From a virus (taxonomy: Duplodnaviria > Caudoviricetes): 25,787 bases of DNA. The stretch lies in the IMG/VR virus record IMGVR_UViG_3300030330_001326, positions 1 to 25,787 of that record; one strand, given 5' to 3'. This document shows, piece after piece, positions 7,313 through 15,668 of this stretch; position 1 is the stretch's first letter, and each line of letters begins with the position of its first letter. The notes beneath the pieces were generated by a model that had not been told where the DNA came from, made no database searches, and worked only from the letters and a program-made list of their open reading frames with translations. Made by a program: the position numbers and the translations under genes.

Positions 7313-7463
7313 GATTAAAAAAGTTATGACTTCGCCTTTAGTTGGATCAGCTATGGCTGGTTTAGCTGGTGGATTACTATTAATGGAAAAATTAGACATG
7401 TATGGTGGTATTGCAATTGGTATAGCTATAATGATGTTTATGAAAGCCGCAAGAGGTAAGTAA
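7305..7463 (+). CDS. Small 2-TM Gly-rich membrane protein, 52 aa (MDKIKKVMTSPLVGSAMAGLAGGLLLMEKLDMYGGIAIGIAIMMFMKAARGK)
   Basis: Translated by hand; overlaps the endolysin stop, TAATG coupling to the next gene. Confidence 0.7.
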   Translation: MDKIKKVMTSPLVGSAMAGLAGGLLLMEKLDMYGGIAIGIAIMMFMKAARGK

Positions 7464-7933
7464 TGCCACGGGAAAAGAAACAAAGAAAGAAGTTTAAAGA
7501 AACTAAAGTGGGGGTTTTCTTGAAAGAGAAAGCTCCCAAAATCTTGCATGGTATTGGAGATATATTACCTGATAGTGGGGTATATGGCGTTGTAAAAAAC
7601 TTAATTACCACAGATAAAGAAATGACTCCGGCTGATAAAGAAACAGCTATGAAACTTTTAGATATGGATCTTGCTGAAATGCAAAGTGTATCTGAAAGAT
7701 GGGAGTATGACATGAAATCCGATTCGTGGTTATCAAAAAACACTAGACCATTAGCATTGATCTATTTAACAGTATGTATGACTTTGTACATCGTTTTAGA
7801 TTCTATGCAAATGGTTTTTGATATGAAAGAAGCTTGGATAGATCTTTTACAAACATTATTAGTTACAGTATATGTAGCTTATTTTGGTTCTAGAGGAGCT
7901 GAAAAAGTATTTATAAATAAAGATAAAAAATAA
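7463..7933 (+). CDS. Holin-like protein, GTA 3TM holin family
   Basis: RWEYDMKSDSWLSKNTRP followed by TM helices and YFGSRG.EK, motifs I recognise from this family. Confidence 0.7.
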   Translation: MPREKKQRKKFKETKVGVFLKEKAPKILHGIGDILPDSGVYGVVKNLITTDKEMTPADKETAMKLLDMDLAEMQSVSERWEYDMKSDSWLSKNTRPLALIYLTVCMTLYIVLDSMQMVFDMKEAWIDLLQTLLVTVYVAYFGSRGAEKVFINKDKK

Positions 7934-7937
7934 TAAA

Positions 7938-8444
7938 ATGAGAGGTACTCAAATTAGACAAGCTGATGAAGTTAGGGTTTTTGCTCATGACGCTAGGCCA
8001 ATTGTTATTGGAGCTGTTAATAAATTTGAAATAACAGTTGATGGATTTGGTTATGACCCAGCAGATGTAGGATCTACGCTAACAGCAACGACAGGAACTC
8101 CGGCTTTAACTGCTACAATAGATGCTGTAACTAGCGGTAGTGTATCGGCAATAACAATAACAAATCCTGGCGGTACTTATAGTGTTGGAGATGTTCTTTC
8201 TTTTACCGGTGGAACTGGATCTTCATTTAGAATAACAGTTACAAGTATAGATATACCTGGCACAGAAAATAGAGGTGTTTGCTTATACGTAGGTGATATA
8301 TCTGGTGGGTCTGATGTTGAAGTTGTCATGGAAAGTGGTAACACAGCAATGTTTAAAGGTGTTACTGCGGGATCTTTTTTACCTGTACTTGTCACTAGCG
8401 TGACTAGCAACACCACCGCTTCAGAAATTTTAGCATTATATTAA
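7938..8444 (+). CDS. Head-spike base protein (RcGTA rcc01079-like) with inserted beta domain
   Basis: C-terminal LYVG...VVMESG...FKGVTAGSFLPV.VT.V...TTA..ILAL pattern. Confidence 0.65.
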   Translation: MRGTQIRQADEVRVFAHDARPIVIGAVNKFEITVDGFGYDPADVGSTLTATTGTPALTATIDAVTSGSVSAITITNPGGTYSVGDVLSFTGGTGSSFRITVTSIDIPGTENRGVCLYVGDISGGSDVEVVMESGNTAMFKGVTAGSFLPVLVTSVTSNTTASEILALY

Positions 8445-8447
8445 GAT

Positions 8448-9242
8448 ATGATTATCTTAAAAAACACAACATATTCTAGAATAAATCAAGCCGGTGGTGG
8501 TGGTGGTGGCGTATTCTCTAATACCAAGAGTTTATTAATGGATGGTGTAGATGAATATGTAGATGTAGGAATTGTAGATTTCCCACAAAACTTGTTAGAT
8601 AATTTTTCTGTATCTTATTGGGTAAAAATGGCTCCTATGACGGGTTCAAATTATACAAGAAGGCATCCAGTAAGCGTTTCAACTTCAGTTACGCCTTTAG
8701 ACCAAACAGTCCATCTTAGAGTATGGGGGTTTAATACTCAGTACAAGGTTCGAATTATTGGAAGTCTTTCTGGAGGTGGTGAAGGCACTACTGATATAAG
8801 CGACAATCAATGGCATCACATAGCATACACTTATGAATATGATGCATCAACAACATACTACACTGTTAATATTTATGTAGATGGAAACACTACACCTGAA
8901 GTAACCGCTGTAATGCGCACTACTGGAGGATATGCAACTAAAGGGCTTCATACTATTGGTGTTTTATCTAATTATGTAGCTCCTTACAATTTAGTTAGTG
9001 CAACTTATTTTCCAGGAAATATTGATGAAGTTTCAGCGTTTGATAAAGTTCTTGCTACAGATGAAATTAATTCCATTTACAATAGTGGAACGCCTTCAGA
9101 CCTTACAAGCCTTTCGCCAGTAGCGTGGTATCGTAACGGCGATGGTGATACTTTTCCAACTCTTACAGACAATGGAAGTGGAGGTAACAATGGCACTATG
9201 ACTAATATGGAGGCTGGAGATATTGTAGAAGATGTACCGTAG
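8448..9242 (+). CDS. LamG/concanavalin A-like jelly-roll fibre protein
   Basis: SLLMDGVDEYV, FSVSYWVK, DNQWHHIA.T, IYVDG, FPGNIDEV..F...L...EI..IY; Gly6 linker after a short N-arm. Confidence 0.85.
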   Translation: MIILKNTTYSRINQAGGGGGGVFSNTKSLLMDGVDEYVDVGIVDFPQNLLDNFSVSYWVKMAPMTGSNYTRRHPVSVSTSVTPLDQTVHLRVWGFNTQYKVRIIGSLSGGGEGTTDISDNQWHHIAYTYEYDASTTYYTVNIYVDGNTTPEVTAVMRTTGGYATKGLHTIGVLSNYVAPYNLVSATYFPGNIDEVSAFDKVLATDEINSIYNSGTPSDLTSLSPVAWYRNGDGDTFPTLTDNGSGGNNGTMTNMEAGDIVEDVP

Positions 9243-9254
9243 AAATTTAAAAAG

Positions 9255-9509
9255 ATGAAAAGAATAAGTTTAGTATATGCAATTATTAATATAAGTGATA
9301 TTGATTTAATTGACTTTTCGCAGATAGGTGAAACTAATGCAGATACATTAAGAAAAAATATTGCACAAACTCAGTTTGTAATTAAGTGGAATACAAAACC
9401 AAGTTTTATTACTGATGGTTCTGTTGTACCTGTTGGCACTTACAACTATACTGAAATATTGCAGATAATGGACACTGCTGAATGGAGTGAACAAGTACCA
9501 GTAGAATGA
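9255..9509 (+). CDS. Small acidic hypothetical protein (84 aa) following the LamG fibre
   Basis: ORF in operon context. Confidence 0.75.
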   Translation: MKRISLVYAIINISDIDLIDFSQIGETNADTLRKNIAQTQFVIKWNTKPSFITDGSVVPVGTYNYTEILQIMDTAEWSEQVPVE

Positions 9510-9516
9510 GTAAGCT

Positions 9517-9705
9517 ATGGAAGAAAAAATAGACAAATTAATACAAGGTCAAATAGAAATAAAAACCGAGCTAAAAAACGTAATGGAAAAAACAAACGAT
9601 CAAGAAAAAAGAATAAGATCTTTGGAAAAAAAGTTTTGGGCGGCTTTGGGAACGTTTTTCGTAGGTATAGGAACTTTCGTTGAAGGTCTATTTTTAGGTA
9701 AATAA
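9517..9705 (+). CDS. Coiled-coil protein with C-terminal TM (XhlA-like architecture), 62 aa
   Basis: Heptad-rich N-part, RIRSLEK, then FWAALGTFFVGIGTFV. Confidence 0.7.
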   Translation: MEEKIDKLIQGQIEIKTELKNVMEKTNDQEKRIRSLEKKFWAALGTFFVGIGTFVEGLFLGK

Positions 9706-9722
9706 TAATTAAATAAAATCAA

Positions 9723-9965
9723 ATGAAAATTAAAGAAGAACAATTAAACGAAATTAAACAAATTCAAGCGGAATTAAATGAAACATTAAATACTATAGGT
9801 TACATAGAATCTCAGAAACATGCGTTACTTCATAAGATTAAAACTATTAATGAAAGAGATGCTGAAATGAGGAAAGCTTTAGAAGAAGAATATGGTGCTA
9901 TCAATATAAATGTTGAAGATGGCACATATACACCTGTAGAAGAAAAAGTAGAAGAAAATGTCTAA
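9723..9965 (+). CDS. Coiled-coil hypothetical protein (80 aa)
   Basis: Heptad pattern followed by EEYGAININVEDG. Confidence 0.8.
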   Translation: MKIKEEQLNEIKQIQAELNETLNTIGYIESQKHALLHKIKTINERDAEMRKALEEEYGAININVEDGTYTPVEEKVEENV

Positions 9966-10185
9966 TGTAATCAGGAAAATAAGTATTGGATCAGATTATA
10001 AAAACGATGCAATGCATTACTCTGTTGGGCAACAGGTTTATGGTGGTCATACTATTTGTGATATTATAAGCACTGACAGAGATGGAGAATATTTAATATA
10101 TATACAAAAACAAGACGAGGTAATACCTTGGAAGAAATTTAACTCTAATATGGCTATAGCTGTAGAGTATGATTTAGAATACTAA
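9958..10185 (+). CDS. Hypothetical protein (75 aa)
   Basis: Coupled to both neighbours by overlaps. Confidence 0.8.
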   Translation: MSNVIRKISIGSDYKNDAMHYSVGQQVYGGHTICDIISTDRDGEYLIYIQKQDEVIPWKKFNSNMAIAVEYDLEY

Positions 10186-10790
10186 TGAAATCTATTTATA
10201 ACTTTATAATAACACCACTTAACGAAAGATATGAAAATGAAGTTATAGTTGGTGATAAGAAATTAATTGTAAATACAAATATAGAAGAATTTAGATTTAT
10301 AAGTAAAAGAGCTAAAGTATTAAGTGTACCAATTGCATTTAACACTGATATAAAAGAAGGTGATGAAGTAATCGTACATCATAATATTTTTAGAAGATGG
10401 TACGACGTTAAAGGTGTTGAAAAAAATAGCTCTCAGTATTTTGAAGATGATAAATACTTTTGTAGTGTAGATCAAATATATTTGTATAAAAAAAATAACC
10501 AATATAAACCTAATTTAAACTATTGTTTTGTTAAACCTTTAGCAAATAAACATCATCTAAGAACACAAAAGGAAAAACCCCTTATTGGTGTTATGAAATA
10601 TCCTAATAGTTTCTTAGAGGATCAGGGAATAACAAAAGGATCAATCGTTACATTTAGACCGGACAGTGAGTTTGAGTTTTTAATAAATGAAGAACGATTG
10701 TATTGTATGAAATCAAATGATATTGTAATAAACCATGGATATAAAGAAGACGAAGAAGAATATAATCCAAGCTGGGCAAGTAGCAGTTGA
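10185..10790 (+). CDS. Tandem GroES-like domain protein (201 aa)
   Basis: Two GroES-like units: NFIITP...AKVLSVP...IKEGDEVIV and NYCFVKP...GVMKY...ITKGSIVTF...EFLINEERLYCMKSNDIV. Confidence 0.6.
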   Translation: MKSIYNFIITPLNERYENEVIVGDKKLIVNTNIEEFRFISKRAKVLSVPIAFNTDIKEGDEVIVHHNIFRRWYDVKGVEKNSSQYFEDDKYFCSVDQIYLYKKNNQYKPNLNYCFVKPLANKHHLRTQKEKPLIGVMKYPNSFLEDQGITKGSIVTFRPDSEFEFLINEERLYCMKSNDIVINHGYKEDEEEYNPSWASSS

Positions 10791-11013
10791 TGAGTTAATT
10801 AAAGTTGCAAAAGAACCTATAGTAGACACGCAAGACGACGTGTCAGCTGATAGATTAAAAAATGCAGCAGCCACAAAAAAGCTAGCAATATTCGACGCAC
10901 TTGAAATACTTAATAGGATAGAAGAAGAGGAAGCCATACTTAATGGTAAAACTAAGGAAGATGATAAACCGAAAAAGTCGTTTTCTATATCTCCAGAAAA
11001 AAGATCTAAATGA
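10735..11013 (+). CDS. Putative terminase small subunit (92 aa)
   Basis: Helical protein immediately upstream of and overlapping terL (ATGA); positional assignment. Confidence 0.55.
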   Translation: MDIKKTKKNIIQAGQVAVDELIKVAKEPIVDTQDDVSADRLKNAAATKKLAIFDALEILNRIEEEEAILNGKTKEDDKPKKSFSISPEKRSK

Positions 11014-13235
11014 ATTACCAGCAGACACTATACAAAATAATAGAAGATGTTGTTAATCCTAAAATATTAAAAAAGAACAACAGGTATAAAAAGTGGGAGT
11101 ACGGATATAATGAGGATTATGATTTTATTGTTATAAGTAAAACAGGTCAAATTGGACAGATCATTGAAATACAGAATCTCCGCATCGCTTTACCAGCAGT
11201 CAATGAACCGCATAAACGAAGCGAAAAGAAGGAGGAACAATATTGGGAAAAAGAAGAATACCCAAAAGAACTCTCAAGAATAAAGAGTACATTAGAATGG
11301 GATCAATATCCTATAGATTTTAAAGAGAAATGGTTTGATTATATAAATGAAGAATTTAACCGTAGGGAGCAAGGTTATTGGTATTATAATAACGGTGTTC
11401 CTAACTATATCACTGGTACTCACTACATGTATTTGCAATGGTCAAAAATTGATGTTGGAGCACCTGACTATAGAGAATCAAATAAGTTATTTTTCTACTT
11501 TTGGGAAGCCTGTAAAGCAGACGACAGATGTTATGGGATGTGTTATCTTAAAAATCGACGCTCAGGATTTTCCTTCATGGCTTCAGCAGAGCTCGTTAAC
11601 CAAGCGACAATGTCAAGCGATTCTAGATTTGGCGTGCTATCCAAAACAGGGGCAGATGCAAAAAAGATGTTTACTGATAAGGTCGTACCCATATCAATTA
11701 ATTATCCGTTTTTCTTTAAGCCCATACAAGATGGTATGGATCGCCCTAAAACAGAACTGGCATACAGAGTTCCAGCTTCGAAACTCACCAGAAGAAAACT
11801 CGACACTGGAGAGCAACTTGAAGAACTTGATGGACTCGATACTACGATAGACTGGAAGAATACTGGAGACAACAGTTATGATGGTGAGAAATTAAGACTA
11901 TTAGCTCACGATGAAAGTGGTAAGTGGGAGAGACCTGACAATATTAAGAACAACTGGAAGGTAACTAAAACTTGTTTAAGATTAGGTAGAAGAATTATAG
12001 GTAAGTGTATGATGGGTTCAACATCTAACGCTTTAGATAAAGGTGGTCAAAACTTTAAAGATATATACTATAATTCCGACGTTACTAACAGAAACAGAAA
12101 TGGTCAAACAAAATCTGGATTATACTCTTTGTTTATTCCAATGGAATGGAATTATGAAGGTTATATAGATATGTATGGTTGGCCTGTATTTGATACACCT
12201 AAAAAACCTGTAATGGGTATAGATGAATTACCTATAAAGATCGGTGTAATAGAATATTGGGATAATGAAGCTGAAGGTTTAAAAAATGATCAAGATGGTT
12301 TGAATGAGTTTTTTAGACAATTTCCTAGAACTGAAAACCATGCATTTAGAGACGAAACAAAAGAAAGTCTATTTAATCTTGTAAAAATATATGAGCAAAT
12401 AGATTATAACGACGAAGTAAATAATCTTGCTAATATAACAAGAGGATCATTTCAGTGGGATAACGGTATAAAAGACACACGTGTTTTATTTCACCCAAGC
12501 AATGATGGTAGATTTTTAGTTTCTTGGGTTCCACCTAAAAACTTACAAAATCGAGTGATACTAAAAAACGGTGGTAGATATCCTGGTAATGAGCATATTG
12601 GAGCTTTTGGTTGTGATAGTTACGATATATCTGGAACTGTGGATGGTAGAGGTTCTAATGGAGCTTTACACGGTTTAACTAAATTCACAATGGAAGATGC
12701 TCCACCAAGTCAATTCTTTTTAGAATATATAGCTAGACCTCAGACAGCTGAAATGTTTTTTGAAGATGTTTTAATGGCCTTGCATTTTTATGGTATGCCT
12801 ATATTAGCTGAAAACAATAAACCAAGATTGCTTTATTATCTAAAACGTAGAGGTTATAGAGGTTTCTCAATGAACAGACCAGATAAAATTTGGAACAAGT
12901 TATCTGTAGCAGAAAAAGAAATAGGTGGTATACCAAACTCAAGTGAAGATATCAAGCAAGCTCACGCTGCTGCCATAGAGTCATATATAGAAAACCATGT
13001 TGGGTTTTTAACTAATACTTATGGTAATATGTATTTTCAAAAAACGCTAGAAGACTGGGCTAAGTTTAACATAAACAACAGAACTAAGCACGATGCTAGT
13101 ATTAGTTCTGGTTTAGCGATAATGGCTTGTAATAGGAACTTATATAAACCTGTAGCTGATAGAACAATTAAAACTATAAACTTAGGTATTAAAAAATATA
13201 ATAATAAGGGAGATATATCAAAAATAATAGAATAA
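11010..13235 (+). CDS. terL: Terminase large subunit (741 aa)
   Basis: Walker A-like KNRRSGFS, Walker B LLAHDESGKW, coupling motif MGSTS, nuclease GAFGCDSY and HDASISSG; followed by portal. Confidence 0.93.
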   Translation: MNYQQTLYKIIEDVVNPKILKKNNRYKKWEYGYNEDYDFIVISKTGQIGQIIEIQNLRIALPAVNEPHKRSEKKEEQYWEKEEYPKELSRIKSTLEWDQYPIDFKEKWFDYINEEFNRREQGYWYYNNGVPNYITGTHYMYLQWSKIDVGAPDYRESNKLFFYFWEACKADDRCYGMCYLKNRRSGFSFMASAELVNQATMSSDSRFGVLSKTGADAKKMFTDKVVPISINYPFFFKPIQDGMDRPKTELAYRVPASKLTRRKLDTGEQLEELDGLDTTIDWKNTGDNSYDGEKLRLLAHDESGKWERPDNIKNNWKVTKTCLRLGRRIIGKCMMGSTSNALDKGGQNFKDIYYNSDVTNRNRNGQTKSGLYSLFIPMEWNYEGYIDMYGWPVFDTPKKPVMGIDELPIKIGVIEYWDNEAEGLKNDQDGLNEFFRQFPRTENHAFRDETKESLFNLVKIYEQIDYNDEVNNLANITRGSFQWDNGIKDTRVLFHPSNDGRFLVSWVPPKNLQNRVILKNGGRYPGNEHIGAFGCDSYDISGTVDGRGSNGALHGLTKFTMEDAPPSQFFLEYIARPQTAEMFFEDVLMALHFYGMPILAENNKPRLLYYLKRRGYRGFSMNRPDKIWNKLSVAEKEIGGIPNSSEDIKQAHAAAIESYIENHVGFLTNTYGNMYFQKTLEDWAKFNINNRTKHDASISSGLAIMACNRNLYKPVADRTIKTINLGIKKYNNKGDISKIIE
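11152..11283 (+). CDS. Candidate overprinted 43-aa basic ORF in terL +1 frame (TTG start)
   Basis: MDRSLKYRISASLYQQSMNRINEAKRRRNNIGKKKNTQKNSQE; atypical terL codons (CTC CGC ATC, GTC, CCG, CGA) in this stretch. Confidence 0.3.
   Translation: MDRSLKYRISASLYQQSMNRINEAKRRRNNIGKKKNTQKNSQE
11347..11850 (+). CDS. Candidate overprinted exported/membrane protein (167 aa) in terL +1 frame
   Basis: 167 stop-free codons, signal-peptide-like N-terminus, systematic avoidance of stop-creating terL codons. Confidence 0.6.
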   Translation: MKNLTVGSKVIGIIITVFLTISLVLTTCICNGQKLMLEHLTIENQISYFSTFGKPVKQTTDVMGCVILKIDAQDFPSWLQQSSLTKRQCQAILDLACYPKQGQMQKRCLLIRSYPYQLIIRFSLSPYKMVWIALKQNWHTEFQLRNSPEENSTLESNLKNLMDSILR

Positions 13236-15644
13236 ATGATTTATACTAATTCAAACAGTTCATTTCCTGATCAGGTGGTACCAGATGCAGAGAAACAAAC
13301 ATTAGAGTATGGTAAATTAGTTGGACAAGCTATAGAGTACGAGTGGTTTGGTAACAATAACAATGGAGCATATAATAGATATGGTAGTAGGTTTTCAACT
13401 TACTATAACGACTTTCATCAAAGAAGGTTATATGCTAGAGGTGAGCAATCAATAAAAAAGTATAAAGATGAGTTATCTATAAATGGTGATTTATCTTACT
13501 TAAATTTAGACTGGAAGCCAGTTCCAGTTATACCAAAATTTGTAGACATAGTTGTCAATGGTATGTCTGATAGAGTATATGATATAAAAGCTTATGCTCA
13601 AGATCCAGTGTCACTAAAGAAGAGAACAGATTACGCAGAAATCTTACATAGAAATATAATACAAAAACAGTATTATCAAGCTGTACAACAGCAAATGGGT
13701 ATAGATATATCTGACGTGCCAGATCCTGAGAATGCTCCATTAACAGAAGAAGAGCTTTCAGTACACATGCAACTTGATTATAAACAAGCTATAGAAGTTG
13801 CAGAAGAAGAAGTTATTACAGATATATTAGACAGAAACAGGTTTGATTTAGTAAAGCGTAGAGTTAATTATGACTTAACTGTGTTAGGTATAGGCGCAGT
13901 TAAAACTTGTTTTAACAAAGCAGAAGGTATAAGAGTTGAATACGTAGATCCAGCAAATTTAGTTTGGTCATATACTGAAGATCCAAACTTCGAGGATATG
14001 TATTACGTTGGTGAAGTTAAATCAATAACAATACCAGAGTTAGTTAAAAGGTTTCCACACTTAACACCGGCTGAAATAGAGGTAATACAAAAATATCCTG
14101 GTAATACAAACTATACTAGAAACTGGAATGGTAGAGATAGTGAAAACACTGTGCAAGTTTTATTTTTTGAATATAAAACATATACTAATCAAACGTGGAA
14201 AATAAAACAAACACCTTACGGTTTAGAAAAAGCATTAGAAAAACAAGATACATTTAATCCACCTGAAGCAGATGGGTTTAAAAAGATAGACAGATCTATC
14301 GAGGTATTATATACGGGAGCAAAGATATTAGGTTTTGATAACATGTTAGAGTGGAAGATGTCTGAAAATATGACTAGACCTTTTGCTAATAGTGTTAAAG
14401 TTAATATGAACTACAATCTTTGTGCGCCAAGAATGTACAAAGGTAGAATAGAATCTCTTGTAGGTAGAATGATGAGTTTTGCTGATATGATACAAATAAC
14501 TCATTTAAAACTACAACAAGTATTATCAAGAATGGTACCTGATGGTGTTTATCTTGACGCAGATGGTTTAGCAGAAGTTGATCTTGGCAATGGTACTAAT
14601 TATAATCCAGCAGAAGCGTTAAACATGTATTTTCAAACTGGTAGTATAATTGGTAGATCAATGACTCAAGATGGCGACATGAACCATGGTAAGGTACCAA
14701 TACAAGAAATGCAAACTTCTAGTGGTGGTGCTAAAATACAATCACTAATACAAACTTATCAGTATTATCTACAAATGATGAGAGATGTTACTGGTTTAAA
14801 TGAAGCCAGAGATGGTAGTATGCCTGATCCTGATTCTTTAGTTGGATTACAAAAAATAGCAGCTGCTAATTCTAACACAGCAACTAAACATGTGCTGCAA
14901 AGTAGTTTATATCTTACATTAAGAACTTGCGAGAATATAGCGTTAAGAATAGCTGATTGTTTAGCTTTCCCAACATTAAGAGAATCAATACAGTCTAGTA
15001 TATCAAGATTTAATGTACATACATTAGATGAGTTAACTACTTTAAATTTACATGACTTTGGTATATTCTTAGAGTTGGAACCTGATGATGAAGAAAAACA
15101 ATTAATAGAACAGAATATACAAATAGCTTTACAAAGCGGGCAAATATACTTAGAAGATGCTATAGATGTAAGAGAAGTTAAAAACTTAAAATTAGCTAAT
15201 CAAGTATTAAAGAAAAGAAGAAAGAAAAAATTAGAACAAGATCAACAAGCCCAACAAGCAAATATACAAGCACAAGCTCAAGCTAATGCTGAACAAGCTG
15301 AAAGAGCGGCTATGAATGAAGTTCAAAAACAAGAAGCTATAGCTCAAACAACATTGCAAATAGAACAAGGTAAGTCTCAGTTTGAAATACAAAGAATGCA
15401 ACAAGAGGCAGATATTAAAAAGCAGTTGCTAGAGCTAGAGTATAAATACAAAATGGATTTAGCTAAAGTAGAAAGTGAAGCTAAAGCTAGTTTTGAAAAA
15501 GAAAAAGAAAATAGAAAAGACGAAAGAACCAAAATACAAGCAACTCAACAAAGTGAGTTGATAGACCAAAGAAACAATAAATTACCACCAAAGAACTTTA
15601 GTGACGATCAAACAATGATTGATCTAGATAGCTTTGGTATTTAA
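13236..15644 (+). CDS. Portal protein (802 aa), Crassvirales-like
   Basis: Follows terL; VIPKFVDIVVNG, RDVTGLNEARDG; long Q/E/A-rich C-terminal coiled-coil barrel. Confidence 0.88.
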   Translation: MIYTNSNSSFPDQVVPDAEKQTLEYGKLVGQAIEYEWFGNNNNGAYNRYGSRFSTYYNDFHQRRLYARGEQSIKKYKDELSINGDLSYLNLDWKPVPVIPKFVDIVVNGMSDRVYDIKAYAQDPVSLKKRTDYAEILHRNIIQKQYYQAVQQQMGIDISDVPDPENAPLTEEELSVHMQLDYKQAIEVAEEEVITDILDRNRFDLVKRRVNYDLTVLGIGAVKTCFNKAEGIRVEYVDPANLVWSYTEDPNFEDMYYVGEVKSITIPELVKRFPHLTPAEIEVIQKYPGNTNYTRNWNGRDSENTVQVLFFEYKTYTNQTWKIKQTPYGLEKALEKQDTFNPPEADGFKKIDRSIEVLYTGAKILGFDNMLEWKMSENMTRPFANSVKVNMNYNLCAPRMYKGRIESLVGRMMSFADMIQITHLKLQQVLSRMVPDGVYLDADGLAEVDLGNGTNYNPAEALNMYFQTGSIIGRSMTQDGDMNHGKVPIQEMQTSSGGAKIQSLIQTYQYYLQMMRDVTGLNEARDGSMPDPDSLVGLQKIAAANSNTATKHVLQSSLYLTLRTCENIALRIADCLAFPTLRESIQSSISRFNVHTLDELTTLNLHDFGIFLELEPDDEEKQLIEQNIQIALQSGQIYLEDAIDVREVKNLKLANQVLKKRRKKKLEQDQQAQQANIQAQAQANAEQAERAAMNEVQKQEAIAQTTLQIEQGKSQFEIQRMQQEADIKKQLLELEYKYKMDLAKVESEAKASFEKEKENRKDERTKIQATQQSELIDQRNNKLPPKNFSDDQTMIDLDSFGI

Positions 15645-15668
15645 TCATTAATTTTATAATATTATATT

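Noticed and set aside
11010-13235. Intein or intron in terL explaining the atypical codon stretch
   Set aside because: The stretch encodes the core Walker A region continuously; no intein terminal or LAGLIDADG/HNH motifs
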